Shown here: positions 22,495 to 33,210 of the stretch, in pieces
Numbering within the stretch: the stretch's first letter is position 1
Layout of the letters: every line of letters starts with the position of its first letter
Assembly (NCBI GenBank): GCA_964402625.1
Contig: CAYODA010000002.1
Location: forward strand, 1 to 44,277
Reading direction: 5' to 3'
DNA length: 44,277 bases
Source: an uncultured Syntrophomonadaceae bacterium
GTDB taxonomy: Bacteria; Bacillota; Dethiobacteria; DTU022; PWGO01
Notes under the pieces: generated by a model
What the model was told of the DNA's origin: nothing
The model's input: only the letters and a program-made list of their open reading frames with translations
Databases searched by the model: none
Position numbers and translations under genes: made by a program

Positions 22495-22752
22495 GTGGAA
22501 AAGGGTAAAAGAAAAATCCGTACCGGCCGGGTGGTTAGTGATAAGATGGATAAAACCCGGGTAGTAGCGGTAGAGAGGATGACCCAGCATCCCCTGTACG
22601 GTAAAACCATGCGGCGTACCACCAAGTTCAAGGTCCACGATGCTGATAACCAGTCTCAAAAAGGAGATAAAGTAAAAATTGAAGAAGCCAGACCCTATAG
22701 CAAGGATAAAAGGTGGCGCCTGGTTGAGATAACAGAAAAGTCCAAGTTCTAG
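22495..22752 (+). CDS. rpsQ: 30S ribosomal protein S17
   Basis: [18 protein letters not shown]... is S17-like. The GTG at 22495 lies 10 nt after AAGGAGG; the track start 22486 sits inside the SD and is the alternative. Confidence 0.92.
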   Translation: MEKGKRKIRTGRVVSDKMDKTRVVAVERMTQHPLYGKTMRRTTKFKVHDADNQSQKGDKVKIEEARPYSKDKRWRLVEITEKSKF

Positions 22753-22786
22753 TTTTTGAGCTGGTTTGAAGAAAGGAGGGGCACCA

Positions 22787-23155
22787 GTGATACAGAGTGA
22801 AACCAATCTAAAGGTGGCAGACAACACCGGGGCCAGGAAGATCATGTGCGTAAGAGTAACCGGCGGGTCGCACCGGCGCTCAGGTAATATCGGTGATATA
22901 CTGATAGGCACGGTTAAAGAACACTCTCCCGGAGGGGTGGTAAAGAAAGGTGAGCTGGTTCGCGCGGTAGTGGTTCGTACACGTTCCGGCATCCGGAGGA
23001 AAGACGGTTCCTATATTAAGTTCGACGATAACGCAGCAGTAATAATAAACGAAACCAATAATCCTCGCGGCACCCGGATATTCGGTCCGGTGGCCAGGGA
23101 GTTGAGGGAAAGCGATTTTATGAAAATTGTCTCCCTGGCTCCTGAAGTCATATGA
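22787..23155 (+). CDS. rplN: 50S ribosomal protein L14
   Basis: The GTG at 22787 gives [16 protein letters not shown], the conserved L14 N-terminus, 7 nt after AGGAGG. The track start 22766 is an upstream extension. Confidence 0.95.
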   Translation: MIQSETNLKVADNTGARKIMCVRVTGGSHRRSGNIGDILIGTVKEHSPGGVVKKGELVRAVVVRTRSGIRRKDGSYIKFDDNAAVIINETNNPRGTRIFGPVARELRESDFMKIVSLAPEVI

Positions 23156-23177
23156 GGTAGCGGAGGAGGTGTTTGAA

Positions 23178-23507
23178 GTGGCTGCTCCCAGGTTAAAAAT
23201 AAAAACCGGGGACCAGGTTCTGGTCCGTTCCGGAAAGGATAAAGGGAAAAAAGGCAAGGTAATTGCAGCTTATCCCGCGGCAGGGAAAGTAAAAGTAGAG
23301 AATGTTAACATTATAAAGAAACACGCCAAGCCTACCCAGAAAGTCAAGCAGGGAGGCATTCGCGAAATGGAAGCACCCGTTTATGTTTCCCGCGTGCAGC
23401 TGGTTTGCCCGCAGTGTAACCAGCCTACCAGGGTCGCACGCGACCAGGTAGTGAACGGCCAACGGGTAAGGAGATGCAAAAAGTGCGGGGAAACTGTTGA
23501 TAAGTAG
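23178..23507 (+). CDS. rplX: 50S ribosomal protein L24 (with C-terminal Cys4 motif)
   Basis: The GTG at 23178 lies 8 nt after GGAGGAGG. KOW motif [18 protein letters not shown]. The track start 23127 overlaps rplN. Confidence 0.93.
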   Translation: MAAPRLKIKTGDQVLVRSGKDKGKKGKVIAAYPAAGKVKVENVNIIKKHAKPTQKVKQGGIREMEAPVYVSRVQLVCPQCNQPTRVARDQVVNGQRVRRCKKCGETVDK

Positions 23508-23524
23508 GAAGGAGGATTGTGGTC

Positions 23525-24067
23525 GTGTCCAGGCTGAAAGACAGGTATCATAACCGTGTAGTTAGCGAAATGATGGAGCACTTCCAGTACCGCAACCGGC
23601 ATGAAGTCCCCCGGGTGGTAAAAGTTGTTATAAATATGGGCATAGGAGAAGGAAAGGATAATCCCAGGCTTTTGGAAGCCGCAGCCGAGGATTTGGCACA
23701 GATAACCGGGCAGAGGCCCGTTATAACCAAGGCCAAGAAATCGGTGGCCAGCTTTAAAATCCGGGAAGGAATGCCCAACGGGTGTAAGTTGACTCTCAGG
23801 GGCCAGAAGATGTATGATTTTCTCGATAAGCTCTTCAACGTGGCCCTTCCCCGTGTCAGGGACTTTAAAGGAATTTCTCCACATTCGTTCGACGGCAGGG
23901 GTAATTTCACCATGGGGATAAAAGAGCAGCTAATATTTCCGGAAATTGAATACAGCCAGGTGGAAAAGATCCAGGGGATGGATATCACCATCGTGACTAC
24001 GGCAAAGACCGACGAAGAAGCCCGGGAACTGCTCCGTCACCTGGGTATGCCATTCCAGGCTGCATAA
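23525..24067 (+). CDS. rplE: 50S ribosomal protein L5
   Basis: The GTG at 23525 gives MSRLKDRY, matching conserved L5 N-termini. VINMGIGEG motif. Confidence 0.95.
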   Translation: MSRLKDRYHNRVVSEMMEHFQYRNRHEVPRVVKVVINMGIGEGKDNPRLLEAAAEDLAQITGQRPVITKAKKSVASFKIREGMPNGCKLTLRGQKMYDFLDKLFNVALPRVRDFKGISPHSFDGRGNFTMGIKEQLIFPEIEYSQVEKIQGMDITIVTTAKTDEEARELLRHLGMPFQAA

Positions 24068-24091
24068 ACGTACCGTGAGAAGGAGGATATT

Positions 24092-24277
24092 ATGGCTAAA
24101 AAGTCGCTGATGGCTAAAGCCAAAAAGAAACCCAAGTTCAGAGTCAGGCAGTATAACCGCTGTGAAATCTGCGGTCGCCCCAGGGCGTACCTTAGAAAGT
24201 TCGGTTTATGTAGAATATGCTTCCGCAAGCTTGCTAACGAAGGGAAAATCCCCGGCGTTAGAAAAGCCAGCTGGTAG
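24092..24277 (+). CDS. rpsN: 30S ribosomal protein S14, short zinc-binding type Z
   Basis: 61 aa with CEICGRP...CRICFR Cys4. Confidence 0.96.
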   Translation: MAKKSLMAKAKKKPKFRVRQYNRCEICGRPRAYLRKFGLCRICFRKLANEGKIPGVRKASW

Positions 24278-24308
24278 AGTAGAAGAGGGGAAGGAGGGTT
24301 TTCCAGAC

Positions 24309-24704
24309 ATGATGACCGATCCCATTGCCGATATGCTTACCCGTATTCGCAATGCCAACATGAACTATCACCGGGAAGTAGAGATACCTGCTTCCAACAA
24401 CAAGAAGGCTATTGCGGAGATTTTGAAAGATGAGGGTTTTATTAAAGATTATCGTTATATTAGTGACAACAAGCAGGGTAAAATTCGTATACAGCTGAAG
24501 TACGGTCCCGAGTCCGAGAGGGTGCTGTCCGGCTTAAAAAGGATCAGCAAGCCCGGCTTGAGGGTATACGTAAACAAGGACGAACTACCCAGGGTCCTGG
24601 GTGGGTTGGGTATAGCCGTAATATCCACCTCCCGGGGTGTTTTAACCGACAAAGCCGCCCGTCAAGAAGGAATCGGCGGGGAAGTAATGTGCTATATATG
24701 GTAG
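24309..24704 (+). CDS. rpsH: 30S ribosomal protein S8
   Basis: [16 protein letters not shown] is the conserved S8 N-terminus. The track ORF 24162.. is a spurious 5' extension across rpsN. Confidence 0.95.
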   Translation: MMTDPIADMLTRIRNANMNYHREVEIPASNNKKAIAEILKDEGFIKDYRYISDNKQGKIRIQLKYGPESERVLSGLKRISKPGLRVYVNKDELPRVLGGLGIAVISTSRGVLTDKAARQEGIGGEVMCYIW

Positions 24705-24731
24705 GCAGGAAAAGTGTAAGGAGGTAGCTTT

Positions 24732-25268
24732 ATGTCCCGTATAGGAAGCAATCCCATTTCTCTTCCCGATGGGGTGGAGATAAGCATAGAAGACACACTG
24801 GTGAAAGTCAAGGGACCCAAGGGAGAGCTGGAAAAAGAAATTCCGCGGGAAATTATAATTACGCAGGAGGATAACCAGCTGCGGGTGGAAAGGCCCACGG
24901 ACAGCAAGAGACATCGTTCTCTGCACGGCTTGACCAGGTCCCTGGTGGCAAATATGGTTACAGGGGTAACCCAGGGTTTTACCAAGATCCTGGAGATAGA
25001 AGGAGTAGGTTACCGGGTAACCCAGCAGGGGAACAAAGTTAACCTGGCTATAGGTTTTTCCCATCCGGTGATTATTGAACCGGAGGAAAATATTGAAATT
25101 GAAATCCCCAGCAACAACCGGATAGTAGTTAAAGGAATAGACAAACAGCAGGTGGGGAATTTTGCAGCACAGCTAAGAGCGATAGCCCCGCCTGAACCCT
25201 ACAAGGGCAAAGGCATCAGGTATGAAGGAGAAAAGGTACGTAAAAAAGTTGGTAAAGCAGGGAAGTAG
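24732..25268 (+). CDS. rplF: 50S ribosomal protein L6
   Basis: 178 aa, MSRIGSNPISLPDGVEI. Confidence 0.96.
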   Translation: MSRIGSNPISLPDGVEISIEDTLVKVKGPKGELEKEIPREIIITQEDNQLRVERPTDSKRHRSLHGLTRSLVANMVTGVTQGFTKILEIEGVGYRVTQQGNKVNLAIGFSHPVIIEPEENIEIEIPSNNRIVVKGIDKQQVGNFAAQLRAIAPPEPYKGKGIRYEGEKVRKKVGKAGK

Positions 25269-25293
25269 CAGCTGCAGGTAAGGGAGGGAGTTC

Positions 25294-25671
25294 GTGTTGA
25301 TAAAAGAGCCAAATGAAAAAAAAGTCAGGAGCAGAGAGCGCCGTCACAGAAGAGTTCGTAAAAAGGTTACGGGCACTTCGGAAAGGCCACGTTTAAACGT
25401 TTACCGCAGTTTAAGTAATATCTACGCCCAGGTAATTGACGACTACAGGGGACATACCCTGGTTTCCGCCTCTACCCTGGATTCCGAAATAAAAGAAGAG
25501 CTGTCGCGGGGTTCAAATGTAGATGCCGCACGCCGTGTAGGCGAGGTGTTGGCCAGGCGGGCGAAAGAGAAAGGGATAGAACGAGTGGTATTCGACCGGG
25601 GCGGGTTTAAATACCACGGCCGGATAAAAGCACTAGCCGACGGTGCCCGTGAAGGCGGACTTGACTTTTAA
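25294..25671 (+). CDS. rplR: 50S ribosomal protein L18
   Basis: 125 aa, [20 protein letters not shown]...[21 protein letters not shown]. Confidence 0.95.
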   Translation: MLIKEPNEKKVRSRERRHRRVRKKVTGTSERPRLNVYRSLSNIYAQVIDDYRGHTLVSASTLDSEIKEELSRGSNVDAARRVGEVLARRAKEKGIERVVFDRGGFKYHGRIKALADGAREGGLDF

Positions 25672-25711
25672 AGACTTGACTTTTTAAGAAAGGAGGGGAA
25701 GGAAAAAACTA

Positions 25712-26200
25712 ATGGAGCCAAATCAAACTCAGGAATTTGAAGAAAAAGTTGTTAAGATAAACCGGGTGGCCAAGGTGGCTAAAGGGGGACGCCGCTTTAA
25801 TTTCAGCGCCCTGGTAGTAGTAGGAGATCGCCAGGGGAATGTTGGAGCAGGAATAGGTAAAGCCGGTGAAGTTCCCGAAGCCATACGCAAGGGTATTGAA
25901 AATGCTAAAAAAGATCTGGTGCATGTTCCCATGGTAGGGACTACTATTCCGCACTTTATCCTGGGCAAATACGGGGCCGGAGAAGTTATGCTTAAGCCTG
26001 CTTCCGAAGGTACCGGAGTTATAGCCGGGGGCCCGGTCCGTGCAGTTCTGGAACTGGCAGGGATCCGTGATGTTTTGACCAAATCCCTGGGTTCCGACAA
26101 TCCCATGAATATAATAAACGCTACCCTGGAAGGTTTGCGTCACCTCAAAAAAGAAGAAGAAGTATCCAAGTTAAGGGGTATTGAGATCAAGAGCCAGTAG
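25712..26200 (+). CDS. rpsE: 30S ribosomal protein S5
   Basis: 162 aa, [27 protein letters not shown]. Confidence 0.96.
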   Translation: MEPNQTQEFEEKVVKINRVAKVAKGGRRFNFSALVVVGDRQGNVGAGIGKAGEVPEAIRKGIENAKKDLVHVPMVGTTIPHFILGKYGAGEVMLKPASEGTGVIAGGPVRAVLELAGIRDVLTKSLGSDNPMNIINATLEGLRHLKKEEEVSKLRGIEIKSQ

Positions 26201-26247
26201 TAGTTGACGCAAACCAAACTACAAACAATTCAGGAGGAGGTATAACC

Positions 26248-26688
26248 ATGCGCTTGCATGAAGTTAATCCTCCCCGGCGATCCAGGTTTGCCCCCCTGCG
26301 TAAAGGACGCGGCATATCTGCAGGGCAGGGTAAGACTGCCGGCAGGGGGCACCGGGGGCAGAACGCTCGCTCGGGAGGTAGAGTAAGAAGGGGCTTTGAA
26401 GGTGGACAGCTGCCCCTGTACCAGCGTGTTCCCAAGAAGGGATTCAGGAATAAATTTAGAAAAGAGTACTCTGTGGTTAATGCAGGATCACTTAACCGGT
26501 TTGAGGAGGATAGTGTAGTAGACCCCCGGATTCTAAGAGAAGAAGGCCTGGTTAAAGATACCGGTAAACCAGTCAAAATTCTCGGGGAAGGCGAACTGAA
26601 AAAGAAGCTGGTTGTTTATGCACACGCCTTTAGCAATTCAGCCCGGGAAAAGATTGAAAACGCCGGGGGCAAAGTGGAGGTGCTGTAA
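26248..26688 (+). CDS. rplO: 50S ribosomal protein L15
   Basis: 146 aa, [23 protein letters not shown]. Follows rpsE directly, with no rpmD between. Confidence 0.95.
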   Translation: MRLHEVNPPRRSRFAPLRKGRGISAGQGKTAGRGHRGQNARSGGRVRRGFEGGQLPLYQRVPKKGFRNKFRKEYSVVNAGSLNRFEEDSVVDPRILREEGLVKDTGKPVKILGEGELKKKLVVYAHAFSNSAREKIENAGGKVEVL

Positions 26689-27953
26689 TGTTAGAGACGG
26701 TAAGGTCAGCCCTGCGTATAGGTGAGCTCCGCAACCGCCTTTTGTTTACACTGCTCATGTTCGTGATTTTCCGGATAGGTTCTCACGTGCCTGTTCCGGG
26801 AGTAGATGCAGGGGCCCTGGTGGAAGAAGTCCTGGAAGGCGATACTATTTTTGCTTTTATGGGTTTCCTGGGGGGAGGAGCGCTGAACAATTTTGCGGTA
26901 TTTGCCCTGGGAATAATGCCCTATATTAACGCCTCCATTATCATGAATCTTTTAACAGTGGTAATACCCAAACTTAAAGAGTGGAGTGAAGAAGGCCCCG
27001 AAGGGCGCAAAAAACTGGCCCAGTTTACCCGCTACGGGACCGTGATTATTGCTTTTTTCCAGGCTATAGGGATGGCGTTCTTCATTAATCGCTTCCCCGG
27101 GGTTATTGAAACACCCACTTTTACCACATTCATGATAATTGTAATAACTCTTACCGCGGGAACCGCCTTTTTGATGTGGATGGGAGAGCTTATTACCGAG
27201 AGGGGTATAGGAAACGGAATTTCCCTGATCATATTTGCAGGTATTATAGCCGGCTTTCCCTACGGTATAGGCCAGGTTTATACCCAGGTTCAGGGAGGAG
27301 AACTGGCTATAGGAGTAGTAGCTTTAGCTGCTGTCCTGCTGCTTTTGCTCATTTTAGGGATAATCGGACTGGACCAGGGGCAGCGTCGTATCCGGGTACA
27401 GTACAGCAAGAGGGTGGTAGGCCGTAAAATGTACGGGGGGCAGTCCACCCATATTCCCATGAAAGTTAACCAGGCCGGGGTTATTCCAGTTATTTTCGCT
27501 TCTGTATTGCTGATGTTCCCGGCAACCATAGCGGAGTTTGTGGGACATCCGGTGGCCGATTCCATTGCGGTATATCTCAGTCCGGGTAATGCCCTGTACC
27601 TGTTAATGTACGTGATACTGATTATTCTCTTTGCCTTTTTCTATACCGCCATACAATTTGATCCTAACTCCATCGCCACCAATATCAAAAAGTACGGTGG
27701 ATTTATTCCAGGCCTGCGCCCGGGCAAACCAACTGCCCAGTATCTTTCCCGGGTAATTACCCGCCTGACAACAGTGGGGGCCTTTGCCCTGGCTTTTATA
27801 GCCGTGTTTCCCATGCTGCTGGAAAGAGCCATGGATATGCCCATGGTATTTCACGGCACCGGGCTCATCATTGTAGTCGGTGTTACCCTGGAAACCATGA
27901 AGCAGATAGAAGGGCACCTGCTTACAAGAAGTTACCGGGGATTCATGAAATAG
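26688..27953 (+). CDS. secY: preprotein translocase subunit SecY
   Basis: 421 aa, ~10 TM helices, GIMPYINASII and GNGISLIIFAGI motifs. TAATG overlap with rplO. Confidence 0.97.
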   Translation: MLETVRSALRIGELRNRLLFTLLMFVIFRIGSHVPVPGVDAGALVEEVLEGDTIFAFMGFLGGGALNNFAVFALGIMPYINASIIMNLLTVVIPKLKEWSEEGPEGRKKLAQFTRYGTVIIAFFQAIGMAFFINRFPGVIETPTFTTFMIIVITLTAGTAFLMWMGELITERGIGNGISLIIFAGIIAGFPYGIGQVYTQVQGGELAIGVVALAAVLLLLLILGIIGLDQGQRRIRVQYSKRVVGRKMYGGQSTHIPMKVNQAGVIPVIFASVLLMFPATIAEFVGHPVADSIAVYLSPGNALYLLMYVILIILFAFFYTAIQFDPNSIATNIKKYGGFIPGLRPGKPTAQYLSRVITRLTTVGAFALAFIAVFPMLLERAMDMPMVFHGTGLIIVVGVTLETMKQIEGHLLTRSYRGFMK

Positions 27954-27960
27954 ATGAGGT

Positions 27961-28713
27961 ATGGCAATGATTGAAATTAAAAGTAATGACGAAATAAAAA
28001 CCATGAGGCAGGCCGGCAAGATTGTAGCCATGGTGTTGGAAGAGATGCGGAAAAACGTGGCCCCGGGAGTAACTACGGGGAAGCTCGACCGGATGGCAGA
28101 AAAGCTGATTCGGCGTGAAGGAGGAGAACCGGCCTTTTTGGGCTACCACGGTTTTCCCGCCAGTATTTGCGCATCCGTCAACGAAGAACTGGTGCACGGT
28201 ATACCGGGTTTGAGGAAACTCCAGGAAGGTGATATTATCAGCATAGATGTGGGAGTGCATTACGGGGGTTTCTGTGGTGATGCGGCAGCCACCTTTCCCG
28301 TAGGGGAGGTATCTGCGGGAACCGGGCGCCTGGTTGAAGTCACCCGGACTTCGCTGCAGAAAGCCCTGGAACAGGTAAGGCCCGGAAATTATCTTTCCGA
28401 CATATCTCACGCAGTGCAGTCTTACGTGGAAGCGGAGAATTTTTCGGTAGTGCGCAACTACGTGGGGCACGGCATAGGACGCCGGATGCATGAAGAGCCG
28501 CAGGTACCCAACTTCGGTTCCCCCGGGAGGGGGCCGAGGTTACAGAAGGGTATGGCTTTTGCAATTGAGCCCATGGTAAACCAGGGAACGTGGGAAGTAG
28601 AGGTCCTGGAAGACGAGTGGACCGTGGTTACCAAAGACAGGAAGCTGTGCGCCCATTTTGAACACACTGTAGTAGTAGGTGAAGGCGGTCCTGAAATTCT
28701 AACCGTTTTATAG
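27961..28713 (+). CDS. map: type I methionine aminopeptidase
   Basis: 250 aa with metal ligands in the DVG...GD, HGIG and EPM contexts (IDVGVHYGGFCGDAA, YVGHGIG, FAIEPM, FEHTV). Confidence 0.95.
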   Translation: MAMIEIKSNDEIKTMRQAGKIVAMVLEEMRKNVAPGVTTGKLDRMAEKLIRREGGEPAFLGYHGFPASICASVNEELVHGIPGLRKLQEGDIISIDVGVHYGGFCGDAAATFPVGEVSAGTGRLVEVTRTSLQKALEQVRPGNYLSDISHAVQSYVEAENFSVVRNYVGHGIGRRMHEEPQVPNFGSPGRGPRLQKGMAFAIEPMVNQGTWEVEVLEDEWTVVTKDRKLCAHFEHTVVVGEGGPEILTVL

Positions 28714-28736
28714 TTTGCCTGCATAAAGGAGAGGAG

Positions 28737-29039
28737 ATGTTGGAGGAAATAATTACTTTGGAGCCCGGCCAACTGGTTCGCTCCAGGGCAGGAAGAGATA
28801 AGGGAAAGCATTACCTGGTGTTAAAGATTTGGGACGAGAAAACCGTTTTACTGGTAAACGGGAAAAACCGGACCCTGGATAAGCCCAAGAAAAAAAATAT
28901 TATTCACCTTCAGAAATACAGGCGAAAGGTGGATGATTTTACGGAAAGGCTGGCGGCAAAAGAGATTAACGATGAAAAGATAGCTGCCCTCATCAAGAAT
29001 ATGGTGCAGGAAAAAGAAGCGGCGCAAAGGGAGGTCTAG
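28737..29039 (+). CDS. KOW-domain RNA-binding protein (YbzG-like), conserved between map and infA
   Basis: 100 aa, GQLVRSRAGRDKGKHYLVL KOW-type motif. Same position as the small KOW gene in Bacillus/Clostridia clusters. Confidence 0.7.
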   Translation: MLEEIITLEPGQLVRSRAGRDKGKHYLVLKIWDEKTVLLVNGKNRTLDKPKKKNIIHLQKYRRKVDDFTERLAAKEINDEKIAALIKNMVQEKEAAQREV

Positions 29040-29048
29040 AAAGAAAGT

Positions 29049-29270
29049 ATGACCAAGAAAAAAGAGGTTGTGGAGATGGAAGGTACGGTTCTGGAACCCC
29101 TTCCCAACGCCATGTTTAAGGTCGAACTTAAAAACGGTCATAAGGTGCTGGCCCATGTTTCCGGCAAAATACGGATGAATTTTATCCGTATACTACCCGG
29201 GGACAGGGTACTGGTAGAACTGTCTCCTTATGACTTGAGCCGCGGTCGTATTACGTATCGCTACAAATAA
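29049..29270 (+). CDS. infA: translation initiation factor IF-1
   Basis: 73 aa, [43 protein letters not shown]. Confidence 0.97.
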   Translation: MTKKKEVVEMEGTVLEPLPNAMFKVELKNGHKVLAHVSGKIRMNFIRILPGDRVLVELSPYDLSRGRITYRYK

Positions 29271-29284
29271 GGAGGTTGAAGGCG

Positions 29285-29398
29285 ATGAAGGTTAGACCTT
29301 CCGTAAAAAAGATATGCGACCGGTGCAAAATCATCCGTCGCAAGGGGAAGGTAATTGTTATATGTTCTATCCCCAAGCACAGGCAGAGACAAGGATAA
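29285..29398 (+). CDS. rpmJ: 50S ribosomal protein L36 (zinc-binding form)
   Basis: Hand translation gives [37 protein letters not shown] (37 aa, below the track cutoff). GGAGG SD. Confidence 0.93.
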   Translation: MKVRPSVKKICDRCKIIRRKGKVIVICSIPKHRQRQG

Positions 29399-29490
29399 AC
29401 ATGAATATTCTGGCATAGAAAATGTCGGAAAGGGAATTCTAGATCAGGTGTAGTTTTTTACAAGAAATCGTGGAGGGGAGGTGGCATTAA

Positions 29491-29862
29491 ATGGCCAGGA
29501 TAGCAGGTGTAGACTTGCCCCGGGATAAGCGGGTAGAAATAGCTTTAACTTATATTTATGGTATAGGAAATTCTACGGCCAGGGAAATAGTGGAAGGTGC
29601 CGGTATAAGTCCTGATACCCGTGTCCGGGATTTGACTGAAGAAGAAATTAACAAGATTCGAGATGTTATCGATAAAAATCACACCGTGGAAGGCGACTTG
29701 AGGCGCAACGTCAATATGGATATCAAGCGTCTTATTGAAATCGGCAGCTACCGGGGCATCAGGCATCGCCGTGGAATGCCGGTCCGCGGTCAATCCACCA
29801 AGAATAACGCCCGCACCAGGAAAGGCCCTAAAAAGACAGTCGGTGCGCGCCGCAAAAAGTAA
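29491..29862 (+). CDS. rpsM: 30S ribosomal protein S13
   Basis: 123 aa, [26 protein letters not shown]. Confidence 0.97.
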   Translation: MARIAGVDLPRDKRVEIALTYIYGIGNSTAREIVEGAGISPDTRVRDLTEEEINKIRDVIDKNHTVEGDLRRNVNMDIKRLIEIGSYRGIRHRRGMPVRGQSTKNNARTRKGPKKTVGARRKK

Positions 29863-29922
29863 GCCTTTAGAACGGAAATTATACTATCACAGCTTACACA
29901 GCTTACAAAAGGAGGTTAGCTG

Positions 29923-30315
29923 ATGACCAAGAAAAAGGCAACACGCACCAGACGTAAAGTGCGTAAAAATGTAGAACAAGGTGTAGCCCATATAAAGTCC
30001 TCTTTTAATAATACTATTATTTCCATCACGGACCAGCAGGGAAACAGTATTTGTTGGTCCAGTGCCGGCAATGTCGGATTTAAAGGATCCAGAAAGTCCA
30101 CTCCCTTTGCCGCACAGCTGGCTGCGGAAACGGCAGCCAAGGAAGCTATGGAGCAGGGCATGAATCAGGTAGAAGTCTATGTTAAAGGACCCGGTGCAGG
30201 AAGAGAAGCGGCTATAAGGTCGCTGCAGGCTGCAGGCCTGGAAATCAACATGATCAAGGATGTTACTCCTATTCCTCATAACGGGTGCCGCCCTCCCAAG
30301 AGACGCCGTGTGTAA
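29923..30315 (+). CDS. rpsK: 30S ribosomal protein S11
   Basis: 130 aa, [18 protein letters not shown]...[16 protein letters not shown]. Confidence 0.97.
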   Translation: MTKKKATRTRRKVRKNVEQGVAHIKSSFNNTIISITDQQGNSICWSSAGNVGFKGSRKSTPFAAQLAAETAAKEAMEQGMNQVEVYVKGPGAGREAAIRSLQAAGLEINMIKDVTPIPHNGCRPPKRRRV

Positions 30316-30348
30316 CCAATTAATGCAAAAGGAGGTGTTTGTAGCCAC

Positions 30349-30975
30349 ATGGCAAGATACAGAGGAGCCGTTTGTCGTCTTTGCAGGAGAGAAGGAACCA
30401 AGCTCTTTTTAAAAGGAGAACGCTGTTATACCGATAAATGCGCCATCGTAAGGCATTCTTATCCGCCGGGAGAACATGGCCAGAGCAGGTCAAAAATCTC
30501 TGAATATGGAATGCAGCTGCGGGAAAAACAGAAAGCCCGCCGCTTTTACGGGGTAATGGAAAAGCAGTTCCACAACTACTTTAAAGAAGCAGACCGTCGT
30601 AAAGGTATCACCGGTGAAATATTGCTGCAGATTTTAGAAAGCCGCCTGGATAACGTGGTCTACCGGATGGGATTGGCCAGTTCCCGTGTGCAGGCAAGGC
30701 AGCTGGTAAGGCATGGTCATTTTGAAGTCAATGGCAAGAAAGTTGATATCCCTTCATATCTTACACGACCGGGAGAAGTTATTTCCGTAAGGGAAAAATC
30801 CCGGGGGAAAGATGTTTTCAAGGAGCTGGCTGAAGCGGGGCAGCAGCAAGTTGGAGTAGATTGGCTGGAGGTTGATTCGGAAAATATGAGCGGCAGGGTT
30901 GTGCGTAAGCCAACCCGTGAGGAAATAGATACTCCTGTTTCCGAACAGCTTATCGTAGAGCTGTATTCCCGGTAA
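30349..30975 (+). CDS. rpsD: 30S ribosomal protein S4 (Cys4 N-terminal form)
   Basis: 208 aa, [31 protein letters not shown]. Confidence 0.97.
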   Translation: MARYRGAVCRLCRREGTKLFLKGERCYTDKCAIVRHSYPPGEHGQSRSKISEYGMQLREKQKARRFYGVMEKQFHNYFKEADRRKGITGEILLQILESRLDNVVYRMGLASSRVQARQLVRHGHFEVNGKKVDIPSYLTRPGEVISVREKSRGKDVFKELAEAGQQQVGVDWLEVDSENMSGRVVRKPTREEIDTPVSEQLIVELYSR

Positions 30976-31017
30976 TTGCCCTCATTTACTAAAACAAGGG
31001 GGGTATAGTAAGAAAGT

Positions 31018-31974
31018 ATGATAAAAATTGAAAAGCCAAAAATCGAATGGGTGGAGCAAAACGAAGACCGGACTTACGGTAAATTCCAGGTAGAACCCCT
31101 GGAACGAGGTTACGGTATCACCCTGGGTAATGCTTTGAGAAGGGTGCTTCTCTCTTCTCTGCCAGGTGCGGCGGTTACCAGCGTTAAAATTGAAGGTGTT
31201 TTGCACGAGTTTTCCAGCCTGGATGGAATACTGGAAGACACCACGGAAATAATCCTTCGGCTGAAGTCATTGTGCATGAAGGTGCACGACGAAGAAGTGC
31301 ATACGCTTACCATGGATGTACAGGGACCGGGAGAAGCCCTTGCTTCTCACATCGAAGCTCCTTCAGAGGTGGAAATACTGAACCCGGATCTTTATATTGC
31401 CAGCCTGGAAGATGGCGGAAGGCTCCAGATGGAAATCAACGTGATGAACAGCAGGGGATATGTACCTGCCGAGAGAAACAAGCAGCCCCAGCAGCCCATT
31501 GGACTCATCCCGGTAGATTCCATGTTTTCTCCTATAAGAAAGGTTAATTACAACGTGGAAGACACCCGGGTAGGCCAGGTTACCGATTTTGACCGTTTAA
31601 CCATGGAGATCTGGACGGACGGCAGCATAAACCCCGATGAGGCAGTTAGCAAAGGGGCCAGAATACTAAACGAACACTTCAACCTGTTTGTCAATATTGA
31701 CGGCCAGACGGGAGATGTAGAGCTTTTATCTGAAAAGGAAGATGACGACAAGGAAAAAGTTCTGGAAATGACTATAGAAGACCTGGACCTGTCAGTTCGC
31801 TCCTATAATTGTTTAAAGCGGGCGGGGATAAATACGGTTTATGAACTTACCCAGAAAACGGAAGACGAAATGATGAAAGTGCGCAACCTGGGCAAGAAAT
31901 CACTGGAAGAAGTAGAAAACAAAATGGCCGAACTGGGGCTGTCACTGAAAAAGAAAGGCAAGGATAATTCTTAG
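31018..31974 (+). CDS. rpoA: DNA-directed RNA polymerase subunit alpha
   Basis: 318 aa, [28 protein letters not shown]-terminal domain [16 protein letters not shown]. Confidence 0.97.
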   Translation: MIKIEKPKIEWVEQNEDRTYGKFQVEPLERGYGITLGNALRRVLLSSLPGAAVTSVKIEGVLHEFSSLDGILEDTTEIILRLKSLCMKVHDEEVHTLTMDVQGPGEALASHIEAPSEVEILNPDLYIASLEDGGRLQMEINVMNSRGYVPAERNKQPQQPIGLIPVDSMFSPIRKVNYNVEDTRVGQVTDFDRLTMEIWTDGSINPDEAVSKGARILNEHFNLFVNIDGQTGDVELLSEKEDDDKEKVLEMTIEDLDLSVRSYNCLKRAGINTVYELTQKTEDEMMKVRNLGKKSLEEVENKMAELGLSLKKKGKDNS

Positions 31975-32003
31975 AGGTTTAAAAGGAGGAGGTTGGCAAG
32001 AAG

Positions 32004-32345
32004 ATGGCAAACCGAAAACTGGGAAAAAAATCAAGACCAAGGCGAGCCTTGCTGCGCAGCCAGGTTACCAATCTTCTTAAAGAGGAGAGAATAACTACTA
32101 CCGAGGCCAAAGCCAGGGAAGTACAGCGCCTGGCGGATAAGATGATATCTCTGGCCAAAAAGGGAGACCTTCATTCCAGGCGCCAGGCCCTTTCCTTTAT
32201 TTTAGAGGAAGACGTGGTGTCCAAGCTGTTTGAAAAGATAGGCCCGCGTATGGAAGCAAGAGAAGGCGGTTATACCCGGATAACCAGGGTAGGTTATCGC
32301 AGGGGAGACGGTGCCCCTATGGTAGTATTGGAACTGGTGGGATAA
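32004..32345 (+). CDS. rplQ: 50S ribosomal protein L17
   Basis: 113 aa, RKLGKKSRPRRALLRSQV...GGYTRI. Confidence 0.95.
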   Translation: MANRKLGKKSRPRRALLRSQVTNLLKEERITTTEAKAREVQRLADKMISLAKKGDLHSRRQALSFILEEDVVSKLFEKIGPRMEAREGGYTRITRVGYRRGDGAPMVVLELVG

Positions 32346-32373
32346 GTGCTATAAACTACACGGAGTTCTGCTC

Positions 32374-33210
32374 ATGGATACACTTATAGCTGCAGACCAG
32401 GTGTTTTATCAATATACAAGCCCTTCGGGAACGGTGGATGCCCTGAAGGGCATTGATATGATCATTAAACCCGGGGAACACGTGGCAGTAATCGGGCCTA
32501 ATGGTTCGGGGAAGTCTACCCTTTTAAAATTATTTAATGCCCTGCTGGTGCCTGCCCGGGGTGAGGTCAGATTTGGCGGTTTGAAAACGTCGGATACGTC
32601 TAATACCTGGGAAATCCGCCGGCAATGCGGTATGGTATTTCAAAATCCGGACAACCAGATAGTTGCCACTACGGTAGAAGAAGATGTGGCTTTTGGCCTG
32701 GAAAACCTTTCTGTGCCCTCGATGGAAATACAAGAGCGGGTGCAGGAAGCCCTGGAGCTTATGGATCTGGAGGAATGGGCTCAGCATGCTCCTCACCTGC
32801 TTTCGGGGGGTCAGAAGCAGAGGGTGGCCATGGCTGGAATAGTGGCCATGCGACCCCGCTGTCTTCTGCTGGATGAACCCACCGCCTTGCTGGATAAAAG
32901 GGGTAAAACGGAAGTCATGCAAGCAGCCGGGCATTTAAATCGGGAGGAAGGCATTGCCGTGGTTAATGTGACCCATTTTTTAGAAGAAGCAGCCATGGCG
33001 GAACGGGTAATAGTTCTGTGCGGAGGCGAGAAAGTACAGGATGCCGCCGCCGGGGAGGTGCTCAGCGACGGAGCACGCCTACGGGAGTGGGGTTTGGAGC
33101 TTCCACCTGCAGCCCGGCTGGCGGAAGGACTCAGGGAAAAAGGGTTTCCTGTTCCTATCCAAACAATAACCATGGAACAGCTGGTGGATAGCTTATGCTC
33201 CTGGAAGTAA
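32374..33210 (+). CDS. ecfA1: ECF transporter ATPase component EcfA1
   Basis: 278 aa with Walker A GPNGSGKST, signature LSGGQKQR and Walker B LLLDEP. Canonical position after rplQ. Confidence 0.9.
   Translation: MDTLIAADQVFYQYTSPSGTVDALKGIDMIIKPGEHVAVIGPNGSGKSTLLKLFNALLVPARGEVRFGGLKTSDTSNTWEIRRQCGMVFQNPDNQIVATTVEEDVAFGLENLSVPSMEIQERVQEALELMDLEEWAQHAPHLLSGGQKQRVAMAGIVAMRPRCLLLDEPTALLDKRGKTEVMQAAGHLNREEGIAVVNVTHFLEEAAMAERVIVLCGGEKVQDAAAGEVLSDGARLREWGLELPPAARLAEGLREKGFPVPIQTITMEQLVDSLCSWK

Noticed and set aside
24162-24308. 5' extensions of ORF-track entries: rpsH from 24162, rplX from 23127, rplN from 22766, rplM from 35756, rplC from 17980, nusG from 2159, rpoB from 5419 and the permease from 41795.
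   Set aside because: The extensions overlap the preceding gene or its SD and add residues absent from conserved N-termini. Internal start codons with properly spaced GGAGG sites reproduce the family-typical N-termini.
32625-32876. Alternative-frame + strand ORFs inside the ecf genes (32625..32876, 34248..34622) and inside rpoB, rplB and secY (7530..7721, 8927..9130, 20200..20394, 27176..27427).
   Set aside because: They are embedded in other frames of confidently assigned genes. Their translations are Arg/Gly/Pro-rich, typical of off-frame reading, and they have no SD.
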